A stretch of DNA of 64,000 nucleotides from Clostridiaceae bacterium (GCA_012518795.1 JAAYRL010000006.1:64346-128345); one strand, 5' to 3'. Shown: positions 8,043 through 17,171, numbered from the stretch's first letter. Program-made: numbers and translations. The notes: a model not told the origin generated them from the sequence alone.

Positions 8043-9239
8043 ATGACAGTAGCAAAAAGAATGTTGGATTTAGGTAAACAAAGTTCCGTTATCCGGGAAA
8101 TATTCGAATACGGTTTAAAGCGCAAAGCGGAAATCGGCAATGAAAATGTTTTTGATTTCAGTCTGGGAAATCCCAGCGTTCCTGCCCCGGCTCAAATTAA
8201 CGATATCTTAAAAAATCTGATTGATTCTGTACCGGCAGAAAAATTACACGGTTATACTTCTGCTCCGGGAGACCAAAATGTCAGAAATGCTGTTGCCGAT
8301 TATATTCAAAAAACATTTGATTTTGCTGCAACACCCGAGCTGATTTATATGACTTGCGGTGCTGCGGCAGGACTTGCTGTATGTCTTAACGGGTTAACCA
8401 CGAAAGAAGATGAAGTAATCGTATTTGCCCCGTTTTTTCCGGAGTATCGAGTTTTCGTTGAACATAGCGGTTCTAAGTTGGTTATCGTGCCATGTGACGA
8501 AAATAATAATTTTCAACCTGATTTTGTAAGTTTAGAGCAAGCTATTAATGCTAAAACAAAAGCAATCATTGTTAATTCACCTAATAATCCGACCGGAACT
8601 TGTTATGATGAAAATACTATTCAAAAATTAGCTGAAATACTGAATCAAAAACAAAAAGAATTGCAAAAACCGATTTATATTTTAAGCGACGGTCCATACC
8701 GGGAATTGGTTTATGATATTAAACTTCCCTATTTACCTCACCATTACGACAATACAATCATCATCTACTCCTATAGCAAGTCACTTTCATTAGCAGGTGC
8801 ACGTATCGGTTATGTATTTGTTTCACCCTTAGCTAAAAATGCTAACGATATTTTTGCCGCGATTTGCGGAGCCGGTCGTTCCTTAGGTTATGTTTGTGCT
8901 CCTTCCTTGTTCCAATTCTTAATAAAAGAATGTATCGGACTAACTGCTGATTTGTCAATTTATAAAAGGAATCGAGATTTGCTTTACAATAGTTTAACCA
9001 ATTTAGGTTTCACTGCTATTTATCCGAGCGGTGCTTTTTATTTATTTGTAAAATCGCCACTGCAAGATGCTAATAAATTCTGTGAACATGCAAAGAAATA
9101 TGAAATATTATTAGTTCCCAGTGACAGTTTCGGTTGTACAGGTTTCGTCAGAATTGCTTACTGTGTTTCGACTGAACAAATAATTAAATCACTGCCCGCT
9201 TTTGAACAATTGGCAAAAGATTTCGACCTTTTACCATAA
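8043..9239 (+). CDS. Class I/II pyridoxal-phosphate-dependent aminotransferase (aspartate/aromatic type)
   Basis: 398 aa with the PLP-lysine context SYSKSLSLAGARIGY and the NPTG motif (NSPNNPTGT). SD aaaggtg lies before the ATG. First gene of the aromatic operon. Confidence 0.9.
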   Translation: MTVAKRMLDLGKQSSVIREIFEYGLKRKAEIGNENVFDFSLGNPSVPAPAQINDILKNLIDSVPAEKLHGYTSAPGDQNVRNAVADYIQKTFDFAATPELIYMTCGAAAGLAVCLNGLTTKEDEVIVFAPFFPEYRVFVEHSGSKLVIVPCDENNNFQPDFVSLEQAINAKTKAIIVNSPNNPTGTCYDENTIQKLAEILNQKQKELQKPIYILSDGPYRELVYDIKLPYLPHHYDNTIIIYSYSKSLSLAGARIGYVFVSPLAKNANDIFAAICGAGRSLGYVCAPSLFQFLIKECIGLTADLSIYKRNRDLLYNSLTNLGFTAIYPSGAFYLFVKSPLQDANKFCEHAKKYEILLVPSDSFGCTGFVRIAYCVSTEQIIKSLPAFEQLAKDFDLLP

Positions 9240-9270
9240 TTTCATTAATACTTTACAAAACTGATTATTT

Positions 9271-9295
9271 AGCTTTATAAAAAATCTATAAAGCT
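9271..9295 (+). other. Perfect 9-bp inverted repeat (AGCTTTATA-N7-TATAAAGCT) after the aminotransferase stop
   Basis: Read directly. AT-rich hairpin with no clear T-run, so it could be a weak terminator or an operator. Confidence 0.3.
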
Positions 9296-9385
9296 GTATA
9301 TTAATACAATCACTTTGATAAAAAGATGCAAATAAATAAAGCTGTATATTATTATAATTGCATTCATAAAGATATGAGGGAAAAT

Positions 9386-10486
9386 ATGGATAATGAATTA
9401 AAACAATCCAGAGAAAAAATAAATCAAGTCGACCGGCAAATGGCGGAACTTTTCGAACAACGTATGAATTTAACGGAAAAAATTGCTGCATACAAACAAA
9501 AACACGGTCTGCAAATCTATGATCAGGAACGCGAAGAAGAGATGATTCGTGACAATTCAAATTGGATTCAAGATGAAATCCTCAAAGGTTATTATGCGGA
9601 TTTTTTACGCCAAACAATGCGTATTTCCAGATCATATCAGAATAGATTACTCAATGGAATGAAAATAGGTTATAGCGGTATTGAAGGTGCTTATGCTCAT
9701 ATCGCTGCGCGTAAACTATTCCCGACAGCACATAAAGAATCTTATAACGGTTTCAAAGCAACTTATGATGCTGTTGTTGAAGGAGAATGTGACATTGCAA
9801 TCTTGCCTTTAGAAAACAGTTCCGCCGGTGAAGTCGGTCAAGTTACGGATTTGCTTTTTTCCGGTCCTTTATTTATCAATGCTACCTATGAATTAATCAT
9901 TACACATGATTTGATCGGTTTGCCGGGCAGCAAAGTCGAAGACATCAAAACTGTTATCAGTCATCCACAGGCTCTTGATCAATGTACTAAATTTATCAAA
10001 GATCATAATCTAAAACAAATTGCCGCGGATAATACAGCTATGGCAGCTCAATACGTTGCAAAACAGAATGACCCGACTATTTCTGCAATTGCCAGTAAAG
10101 ACAGCGCGGAATTATATGGTTTAGAAACCTTGGCATCCGGTATTAATACTGAAAAAACAAACACAACGCGCTTTGCAATTCTCAGTGCTTCAGAAAATCG
10201 CTCAATCAGTAATAAGCACGACGTTCATTTCGCTTTAATGTTTACCGTTGCACATGAAGCCGGCTCATTAGCCAGGGCTTTGAATATCATCGGTGCCCAT
10301 GGATACAATCTGAGAACTTTGCGTAGCAGACCGATGCCTGAACTGATGTGGCAATATTATTTCTATGCCGAAGCAGATGGAAATATTTATACACCTGACG
10401 GTCAGGACATGCTTGAAGCATTGCAAGTATGTTGTAATCAAGTTAGAATGATCGGCTCCTTCGTTGAACAAAAGGCGGTTGAATAA
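9386..10486 (+). CDS. pheA: Bifunctional chorismate mutase / prephenate dehydratase (P-protein)
   Basis: N-terminal chorismate mutase helix (LKQSREKINQVDRQMAELFEQRMNL), a prephenate dehydratase domain (GIEGAYAHIAA, TRFAIL) and a C-terminal ACT-like region (GSLARALNI...LRSRPM). ATG at 9386 follows GAGGG; alternatives are 9374 and 9326. Confidence 0.9.
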   Translation: MDNELKQSREKINQVDRQMAELFEQRMNLTEKIAAYKQKHGLQIYDQEREEEMIRDNSNWIQDEILKGYYADFLRQTMRISRSYQNRLLNGMKIGYSGIEGAYAHIAARKLFPTAHKESYNGFKATYDAVVEGECDIAILPLENSSAGEVGQVTDLLFSGPLFINATYELIITHDLIGLPGSKVEDIKTVISHPQALDQCTKFIKDHNLKQIAADNTAMAAQYVAKQNDPTISAIASKDSAELYGLETLASGINTEKTNTTRFAILSASENRSISNKHDVHFALMFTVAHEAGSLARALNIIGAHGYNLRTLRSRPMPELMWQYYFYAEADGNIYTPDGQDMLEALQVCCNQVRMIGSFVEQKAVE

Positions 10487-11487
10487 TGCGTTTAAATGTC
10501 AATTTGGGAAAGAACAGTTATGAAATTCTGATCCAAAGAAATTGCTTAAGCCAAGCCGCAACGGAGCTTAATTTAAAACGTAAAGTTTTAATCGTCAGCG
10601 ATTCCGGTATTCCTACTCAATATATTGAAAATATCGCCGGCCAATGTGAAAATTCTGTAATCAAAATTATTCCTCAAGGTGAAAACAATAAAAACATTAA
10701 GCAATTTACAAATTTGTGTAATGTTTTAATCGATAATAATTTTACCAGAACAGATGCTATTGTCGGTATTGGTGGTGGTGTTGTCGGCGATCTCGCAGGT
10801 TTTGTTGCCGCAAGTTATATGCGAGGCATTGATTTTTATAATATTCCTACTACTTTACTATCACAAATCGATTCATCAGTCGGTGGTAAAACTGCAATCA
10901 ATATGCAACAGGTCAAGAATATTATCGGTGCATTTTATCAGCCGAAAAAGGTGCTAATAGATCCTGATGTGCTAACAACATTGCCGGAGCGCCAAAAGGT
11001 CAGCGGCATCGCAGAAGCTATCAAAATGGCAACTACTTCTAATGCCGATTTTTTTGATTTTTTATTACAGCAAGATGCTTGGCAAAATATAGAAAAAGTT
11101 ATAGCTGAAAGTTTGAAAATCAAAATTTCGGTTGTAGAACAAGATGAAAAAGAAGCCGGTTTAAGAAAAGTCCTTAACTTCGGACATACGATCGGCCACG
11201 CTATCGAAGCTAATTTTTCAAGTGAACTATATCATGGAGAATGCGTTGCACTTGGTATGTTATATTTTTCCAGCAAACAAGTGAAAGAAAAACTGAAAAT
11301 CATTTTGCATAAATATGGTTTGCCGACTGAAATCGCTCTGAATCCCGATCTGATTTATAAATCAATATTACATGATAAAAAAGCTGAAGGAAATCAAATT
11401 ACTATTGTTTCAGTTCCTGAAATCGGGAGTTTTGAATTAAAGAAAATTTCAATTAATGATTTGAAAACCTTATTAATCGATGCTTGA
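10486..11487 (+). CDS. aroB: 3-dehydroquinate synthase
   Basis: GGGVVGDLAGFVA nucleotide-binding motif and metal-binding His residues (HTIGHAIE, HGECVALG). TAATG overlap with the pheA stop. Confidence 0.92.
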   Translation: MRLNVNLGKNSYEILIQRNCLSQAATELNLKRKVLIVSDSGIPTQYIENIAGQCENSVIKIIPQGENNKNIKQFTNLCNVLIDNNFTRTDAIVGIGGGVVGDLAGFVAASYMRGIDFYNIPTTLLSQIDSSVGGKTAINMQQVKNIIGAFYQPKKVLIDPDVLTTLPERQKVSGIAEAIKMATTSNADFFDFLLQQDAWQNIEKVIAESLKIKISVVEQDEKEAGLRKVLNFGHTIGHAIEANFSSELYHGECVALGMLYFSSKQVKEKLKIILHKYGLPTEIALNPDLIYKSILHDKKAEGNQITIVSVPEIGSFELKKISINDLKTLLIDA

Positions 11488-11540
11488 ATTTATTATTTGA
11501 AAACCTTATTGACCGATGCTTGAATTTATTATTTGAAAAT
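11461..11540 (+). repeat. 36-bp tandem duplication, about 2.2 copies, including the last codons and stop of aroB
   Basis: ttgaaaaccttattaatcgatgcttgaatttattat at 11461-11496, near-identical copy at 11497-11532, partial third copy from 11533. Confidence 0.85.
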
Positions 11541-11667
11541 TCATTTACTGAATACTTGAACTTTTAAAATAATAATATTCAATGAATTGAAAAGGAATTA
11601 GAAATCATACTAATAAGAAAATAATTAGACCAGCAATCAATCGTTTAAGATTATTTGGGAGAATAAA

Positions 11668-12780
11668 ATGAAAAATACTTTTGGACAAAGTGTCGCTATT
11701 ACTCTATTCGGAGAAAGTCACGGTCAAGCAATCGGTGCCGTACTTGACGGATTGGCTCCGGGAATCAAAATAGATGAATCATATATTAGAACAAGATTGT
11801 CATTACGTTCTGCAAGAAGTAATATTTCAACTCCAAGAAGTGAAACTGATCAATTCGAATTTGTCAGTGGAATTCACAATGGTGTTACTACCGGAACACC
11901 CATCGGAATTATCATTCCCAATATGGATACCAAAAGTAGAGACTATCAAAGAACTGAACATCTCTTACGTCCCGGACATGCTGATTATACTGCATATACC
12001 AAATATCACGGATATCAGGATATCCGCGGTGGCGGACATTTTTCCGGAAGAATAACTGCAGCTTTAGTTTGTGCCGGTGCCATTTGCATGCATGCTCTTG
12101 AACAAAAAAATATCTTCATCGGTACTCATATCAAAGAATGTGCCGGCATACCTGATGACGCTTTTGCCGATTATCGGTCAAATGCTGCCGAACTGGAACA
12201 ACAAATAAAAGAAATTTCAACTAAGTCATTTCCTGTTTTAAATGATATTCAAGGTGAACTTATGCAAGAAGCTATTCTGAATGCAAAAAATGAATTGGAT
12301 AGCGTCGGTGGAATTTTAGAAACATGTGTACTCGGAATTGATGCCGGTCTGGGTGAACCATGGTTCGATACACTGGAAAGTGTTATAGCTCATGGACTCT
12401 TCTCGATTCCTGCCGTCAAAGGAGTTTCTTTTGGCTTGGGGTTTGATTTTGCTGATAAAAAAGGCAGTCAAGTTAATGATTCACCTGTTATGAATAATGG
12501 GAAAATATCTTTTTTGTCCAATCATAATGGTGGAATAAATGGTGGAATTTCTAACGGTATGCCTTTACTCTATCAAACAGTTATTAAGCCCACTTCTTCT
12601 ATTTCCCAATCCCAACCGACAGTAGACATTTTACAAAAGAAAAATACTACTATAGAAATACATGGTCGCCATGACCCGGCAATTGTTCATCGTGCCGGGG
12701 AAGTTGTCAATGCAATGACAGCTCTAATTTTATGTGATGTTTATGCATTACGTTATGGCACGGACTGGATTACAAAGTAA
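11668..12780 (+). CDS. aroC: Chorismate synthase
   Basis: FGESHG N-terminus, RPGHADY, GRHDP motifs; GGGAGA SD. Confidence 0.95.
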   Translation: MKNTFGQSVAITLFGESHGQAIGAVLDGLAPGIKIDESYIRTRLSLRSARSNISTPRSETDQFEFVSGIHNGVTTGTPIGIIIPNMDTKSRDYQRTEHLLRPGHADYTAYTKYHGYQDIRGGGHFSGRITAALVCAGAICMHALEQKNIFIGTHIKECAGIPDDAFADYRSNAAELEQQIKEISTKSFPVLNDIQGELMQEAILNAKNELDSVGGILETCVLGIDAGLGEPWFDTLESVIAHGLFSIPAVKGVSFGLGFDFADKKGSQVNDSPVMNNGKISFLSNHNGGINGGISNGMPLLYQTVIKPTSSISQSQPTVDILQKKNTTIEIHGRHDPAIVHRAGEVVNAMTALILCDVYALRYGTDWITK

Positions 12781-12796
12781 CTCAAAGAGGAAGCAA

Positions 12797-13243
12797 ATGA
12801 AAATATTAGTGTTAAATGGACCAAATCTAAATATGCTCGGCATTCGTGAACCGGATCAATATGGTTCAGAAACATACACCAATTTAGTAAATCGTATTAA
12901 CGAGCATTGCAGTAAAAACAATTATGAAGTTTTAGTTTTACAATCAAACCATGAGGGTGATTTAATCGACAAAATTCAAGATGCATATTTTGAAAGCATT
13001 GATGGTATTGTCTTTAATCCAGGAGGTTATACTCATACAAGTATCGCATTGTTAGATGCAATCAAAGCTGTATCTATTCCAACTGTTGAAGTTCATATCT
13101 CAAAAGTCGAAGAACGCGAAGATTATCGTCAAATCAGTTATGTCAGAGAAGCTTGCATTGCAACTATATCCGGAAAAGGAATTGACGGATATCTTGAAGC
13201 CATTGATTTATTAGTTAAAAAAATCAAAGATACAAATGATTGA
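12797..13243 (+). CDS. aroQ: Type II 3-dehydroquinate dehydratase
   Basis: MKILVLNGPNLNMLGIREP..., SNHEG and NPGGYTHTS motifs. Start moved to the ATG at 12797 (AGAGGA SD). The ORF-track extension overlaps aroC. Confidence 0.93.
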   Translation: MKILVLNGPNLNMLGIREPDQYGSETYTNLVNRINEHCSKNNYEVLVLQSNHEGDLIDKIQDAYFESIDGIVFNPGGYTHTSIALLDAIKAVSIPTVEVHISKVEEREDYRQISYVREACIATISGKGIDGYLEAIDLLVKKIKDTND

Positions 13244-13297
13244 CTTTTTAGTTGTGATTAAAAAATTTAAACAACATGTATATATAGGAAGATTCCA

Positions 13298-14617
13298 ATG
13301 AAAGTCAAAATTAATCCATCTCAAGCTGAAGGTTGTATAACAGTTCCCCCTTCAAAAAGTATGGCACATCGTGTATTGATTTGTGCAGGTTTAGCTGAAG
13401 GTCAAAGTCAAATTAATAATGTCGTATTAAGCGAGGATATTTCTGCTACTCTAGACTGTTTACAAGCTCTGGGTGCCAAATGGAAAATAAATGATAAAAC
13501 TATTTTTATAGACGGTACAAATCTAAAAAAATGTTTACCACAGGACGACTTAAATTGCCGTGAAAGCGGAAGCACTTTGCGTTTCTTTTTACCTTTGGCT
13601 TTAGCAAACGGAAACAAAATCAGATTAACCGGAAGTAAATATTTACTGAAACGGCCATTAGATGTGTATCACAATATTGCTTTGGAGCGTAATCTTCTTT
13701 TTGAACATCAAACAACCAGCATAACCGTGCAAGGTCCTTTAATTCACGGACAATATACAATTCCCGGAAACATCAGCAGTCAATTCGCAACCGGTCTACT
13801 TTTTGCCCTTCCTTTACTGCAGGGAGATAGTCTTTTGAAAATCATACCGCCGATTGAAAGCTTTTCCTATATATTAATGACTATTGCAGCACTCCGGGAA
13901 TTTGGAATTGATATCTGTTCCAATAGCAAAACAGCGGAAAAAATGCGAATGGTCAAAATAACACAAACTAAAAACAATACTGAATCACTTGATAATATCC
14001 AAACAATTATAAACACACAAAATGTACAGAGCACAGGAATTAGTTTAAAAATTCAAGGCAATCAGAAATTCAAACCGGGTAACAAAACCGTTGAGGGGGA
14101 TTATTCCAACGCTGCATTCTTGGAAGCATTTAATTTATTCGGTGGAAAAGTTAAAGTTAAAGGTTTAAATACTGATAGTTTGCAAGGCGATGCTGTATAT
14201 CCTGAATTATTCACGCTATTAACTACTGGTAATCCACAGATATCACTAAAAAACTGCCCGGATTTAGGTCCGATTTTATTTGCTGTAGCTGCAGCTTTCA
14301 ACGGTGCAACATTTTTCGATACCAAAAGACTTGCAATCAAAGAAAGCGACCGTGCCAATGCAATGGCGGAAGAATTAGCAAAATTCGGTATTAAGGTTAA
14401 TGTTGAAAAAAACTCGGTGCAAATCATGCCCGGTATCTTGAAAACTCCGAACAAAATCTTAATGGGTCATAATGATCATCGAATTGTCATGTCCCTCGCA
14501 ATACTTTGTTCAATCACCGGCGGTATTATTGAAGGTGCAGAAGCAGTGACCAAAAGTTATCCGGACTTTTTTAAAATCATTGAGCAACTTGGAATAGAAT
14601 TGGAATATATCGAATGA
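13298..14617 (+). CDS. aroA: 3-phosphoshikimate 1-carboxyvinyltransferase (EPSP synthase)
   Basis: PPSKSMAHR, ESGSTLRF and DHRIVMS motifs; 439 aa. Confidence 0.93.
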   Translation: MKVKINPSQAEGCITVPPSKSMAHRVLICAGLAEGQSQINNVVLSEDISATLDCLQALGAKWKINDKTIFIDGTNLKKCLPQDDLNCRESGSTLRFFLPLALANGNKIRLTGSKYLLKRPLDVYHNIALERNLLFEHQTTSITVQGPLIHGQYTIPGNISSQFATGLLFALPLLQGDSLLKIIPPIESFSYILMTIAALREFGIDICSNSKTAEKMRMVKITQTKNNTESLDNIQTIINTQNVQSTGISLKIQGNQKFKPGNKTVEGDYSNAAFLEAFNLFGGKVKVKGLNTDSLQGDAVYPELFTLLTTGNPQISLKNCPDLGPILFAVAAAFNGATFFDTKRLAIKESDRANAMAEELAKFGIKVNVEKNSVQIMPGILKTPNKILMGHNDHRIVMSLAILCSITGGIIEGAEAVTKSYPDFFKIIEQLGIELEYIE

Positions 14618-15468
14618 AATTAACAAAAGAAACTAATTTTTTAATTGTCGGCTTAGGTTTAATCGGCGGCAGTTACGCCATGGCGCTAAGTAAACAGGGA
14701 TACAAGGTAAGAGCAATTACCACAAGCCAGAAATCTATTGACTATGCAATCGAACATAACTTAATTGAAGCCGGAACAATTACACCTGACCCTCAATTAA
14801 TAACCGATTCAGATTTAATTGTTTTTGCACTCTATCCACATACTTTCGTAGAATGGATGCAGCAATACGGACAATATATCTCAAAAGGTACTTTAATTAC
14901 TGATGTCACAGGTGTTAAAGTTTCTATTATTTATAAAATCGAATCACTTTTGCCTGAGGGTGTTGAATTTATCGCTGCACATCCAATGGCAGGTCGTGAA
15001 GTTTACGGTGTCGAAAATGCAACAGATGAAATCTTCAAAGATGCCAACTACATTGTAACTCCCACAGAAAGAAATTCTCCACAAGCAATTGAGATCTGTG
15101 AGCAACTTGGTCAGATATTAGGTTTTGCTTCAGTTTCCAAATTATCACCGGAAAAACATGACGATACAATCGGTTTTTTATCTCAATTAACTCATTGTAT
15201 TGCCATCTCATTGATGACCTGTAATGACTCATCTAATCTTGAGAAATATACCGGAGACTCTTTTCGTGATTTGACTCGAATTGCCAAAATTAATGATGCA
15301 ATGTGGTCGGAATTGTTCTTGCTTAACAAAAATAATCTGATTAAACATATGGAAAATTTCGAAACAGAATTCGGCAAATTAAAACAAGCTCTGCAAAATG
15401 ATGACATTGCAACCATACGTAAAATAATGCGCAAGTCTACCGAACGGCGTTTAAAATTCGACAAATAA
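14614..15468 (+). CDS. tyrA: Prephenate dehydrogenase
   Basis: N-terminal Rossmann motif VGLGLIGGS and HPMAG motif; ATGA overlap with aroA. Confidence 0.88.
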   Translation: MKLTKETNFLIVGLGLIGGSYAMALSKQGYKVRAITTSQKSIDYAIEHNLIEAGTITPDPQLITDSDLIVFALYPHTFVEWMQQYGQYISKGTLITDVTGVKVSIIYKIESLLPEGVEFIAAHPMAGREVYGVENATDEIFKDANYIVTPTERNSPQAIEICEQLGQILGFASVSKLSPEKHDDTIGFLSQLTHCIAISLMTCNDSSNLEKYTGDSFRDLTRIAKINDAMWSELFLLNKNNLIKHMENFETEFGKLKQALQNDDIATIRKIMRKSTERRLKFDK

Positions 15469-15600
15469 TTAACTTGTGATTTTTTGACTTTTAATCTTAG
15501 CCATATGTTGAATTCTTTGTATATTAGCTAAAAATTTACATGATTATTTTTTGTCTATAATTTTTTATTATAAAATGAAACTGACTCATAATTTCGGGTT

Positions 15601-15726
15601 CAGCAAACCAAAGTTTGCACAGCGCGAAATTTTGAGCAGAAACCGGCACATAAGCCATGAAATCTGCTCACTTTTTGGAGGTCTGCAAATCTAAGTTTGT
15701 ACAGCGCGAAATTTTGAGCAGACCGG
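15601..15726 (+). promoter_or_regulatory. Leader of the DAHP synthase gene: roughly 44-nt direct repeat (15601-15646 and 15683-15726, period 82) flanking a hairpin plus T-run
   Basis: The 30-nt core aagtttg(c/t)acagcgcgaaattttgagcaga occurs at 15611-15640 and 15693-15722 with 1 mismatch. Each copy contains the inverted repeat CAAAGTTT-N10-AAATTTTG. Confidence 0.5.
15633..15676 (+). terminator. Terminator-like hairpin inside the aro leader
   Basis: TGAGCAGA (15633-15640) is perfectly complementary to TCTGCTCA (15663-15670), with a 22-nt loop, followed by c-TTTTT (15672-15676). TCTGCTCA could pair instead with the second TGAGCAGA at 15715-15722. Confidence 0.35.
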
Positions 15727-15755
15727 AATCTTAATAACAAAATTGGAGATTAAAA

Positions 15756-16778
15756 ATGGAATTTATTAGCAAACTTCCACTACCCAAAGAAATCAAAGCA
15801 CAATTTCCCGTCTCGGAAAAAGCTCTGGCTATTAAAAAACAGCGCCAGCAGGAAATTGAAGCTATTTTTACCGGCAAAGATCAGCGTCTTATTTTGATAA
15901 TAGGTCCATGTTCGGCAGATAACGAAACTTCCGTTTTAGATTATCTTTCTCGCTTACATAAAATAGAGGACAAAGTTAAAGACAAGCTGTTGTTTATTCC
16001 TCGTATCTATACAAATAAACCACGTACTTTGGGTATAGGATATAAAGGTATGTCCTATTCACCTGATCCGAGTGAGAAACCTAACTTAACCAAAGGTTTG
16101 ATTACAATTCGCAAATTGCATATGCGCGCATTGACCGAATTCGGTTTTAGTTGTGCTGATGAAATGCTCTATCCGCAAAATCATAGTTACCTTGATGATT
16201 TACTGGTATATGTAGCTGTCGGCGCTCGTTCAGTCGAAAATCAACAACACCGTTTAACATCGAGCGGTGTAGGCATACCGGTTGGCATGAAAAATCCGAC
16301 AAGTGGCGATATTACCGTTATGATGAATGCTATTTATGCTGCTCAACAACCGCAAATGTTTGATTACCGAGGCTGGGAATGTCAAAGCAGCGGTAATCCT
16401 CTTGCTCATGCTATTTTGCGTGGATTTGTAAATCGTTACGGTCAATCGACGCCCAATTATCATTACGAGGATTTAATTGCTCTATATGAAGCATATGCGG
16501 AATCGAAATTAAAAAATCCGGCAGTAATTGTTGATACCAACCATTCCAATTCCGGCAAAAAATATCTGGAACAAATTCGTATTGCCAAAGAAGTTCTGCA
16601 TAGTTGTCGCTATTCAAAAGAAGTAAACAGTATCGTCAAAGGCTTTATGATTGAAAGTTATATTGAAGACGGCAGTCAAAGCATCGGTGAAAATGTATAC
16701 GGGAAATCGATTACCGATCCTTGTCTCGGCTGGGATAAATCTGAACAATTAATTTATGAAATCGCCGATTTGCTTTAA
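15756..16778 (+). CDS. aroG: 3-deoxy-7-phosphoheptulonate (DAHP) synthase, class I (AroF/G/H family)
   Basis: IIGPCS, KPRT (IYTNKPRTLG) and YGKSITDPCLGW motifs align to E. coli AroG along the full length. Which paralog (F, G or H) cannot be determined. Confidence 0.92.
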   Translation: MEFISKLPLPKEIKAQFPVSEKALAIKKQRQQEIEAIFTGKDQRLILIIGPCSADNETSVLDYLSRLHKIEDKVKDKLLFIPRIYTNKPRTLGIGYKGMSYSPDPSEKPNLTKGLITIRKLHMRALTEFGFSCADEMLYPQNHSYLDDLLVYVAVGARSVENQQHRLTSSGVGIPVGMKNPTSGDITVMMNAIYAAQQPQMFDYRGWECQSSGNPLAHAILRGFVNRYGQSTPNYHYEDLIALYEAYAESKLKNPAVIVDTNHSNSGKKYLEQIRIAKEVLHSCRYSKEVNSIVKGFMIESYIEDGSQSIGENVYGKSITDPCLGWDKSEQLIYEIADLL

Positions 16779-16787
16779 AAGTCGTAC

Positions 16788-16816
16788 TTGACAGGTATAG
16801 TAATAAAATTTAGAAT
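16788..16816 (+). promoter_or_regulatory. Sigma-70/SigA-type promoter candidate for feoAB
   Basis: TTGACA (16788-16793), exactly 17 nt spacer, TAGAAT (16811-16816). Confidence 0.5.
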
Positions 16817-16826
16817 TAATATATTA

Positions 16827-16840
16827 TTAGGCGCACCTAA
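16827..16840. promoter_or_regulatory. Palindrome TTAGGCGCACCTAA just downstream of the feo promoter (operator candidate)
   Basis: Perfect 5+5 inverted repeat around a 4-nt core, located about 11 nt after the -10 element. The GC-rich core stands out in AT-rich DNA. Confidence 0.3.
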
Positions 16841-16884
16841 CAAATGCGAAGAATTAACAATATAAGGAATTAACTACTGATTAT

Positions 16885-17127
16885 ATGATAGAAAATAAAT
16901 CATTATCTGAATTAGTGCCCGGATCAAAAGCAATTATAACCGGTTTGTGTGCCGAGGGCGGAATACGTCGTCGTTTACAGGATTTAGGTTTTGTTGAAGG
17001 CAGTCAGGTAGATTGTGTAAATGTAAGTCCTTTAGGTGATCCTACAGCATATCGTATCAGTAATACTATCATTGCTTTACGCCATGAAGATGCGGACACA
17101 ATCAAGGTTAGAGTCATTCAATCATAA
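16885..17127 (+). CDS. feoA: Ferrous iron transport protein A
   Basis: 80-aa FeoA/SH3-like protein (GLCAEGGIRRRLQDLGFVEGSQV) directly upstream of feoB. Confidence 0.9.
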   Translation: MIENKSLSELVPGSKAIITGLCAEGGIRRRLQDLGFVEGSQVDCVNVSPLGDPTAYRISNTIIALRHEDADTIKVRVIQS

Positions 17128-17171
17128 AAATTATAGAATTTAATCGAAATTTTACAAGAATAAAAACCACA

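Noticed and set aside
15575-15734. Leader-peptide ORFs in the aro leader (39 codons from the ATG at 15575; 25 codons from the ATG at 15657)
   Set aside because: No SD precedes either ATG, and there are no runs of Phe, Tyr or Trp codons. The shared KF(A/V)QREILSR peptide just reflects the DNA duplication.
16827-16840. Calling the feo palindrome a DtxR/IdeR box
   Set aside because: Only the outer TTAGG/CCTAA arms match. The spacing between arms is 4 nt rather than 9, so the family assignment is unsupported and it is kept only as a generic operator candidate.
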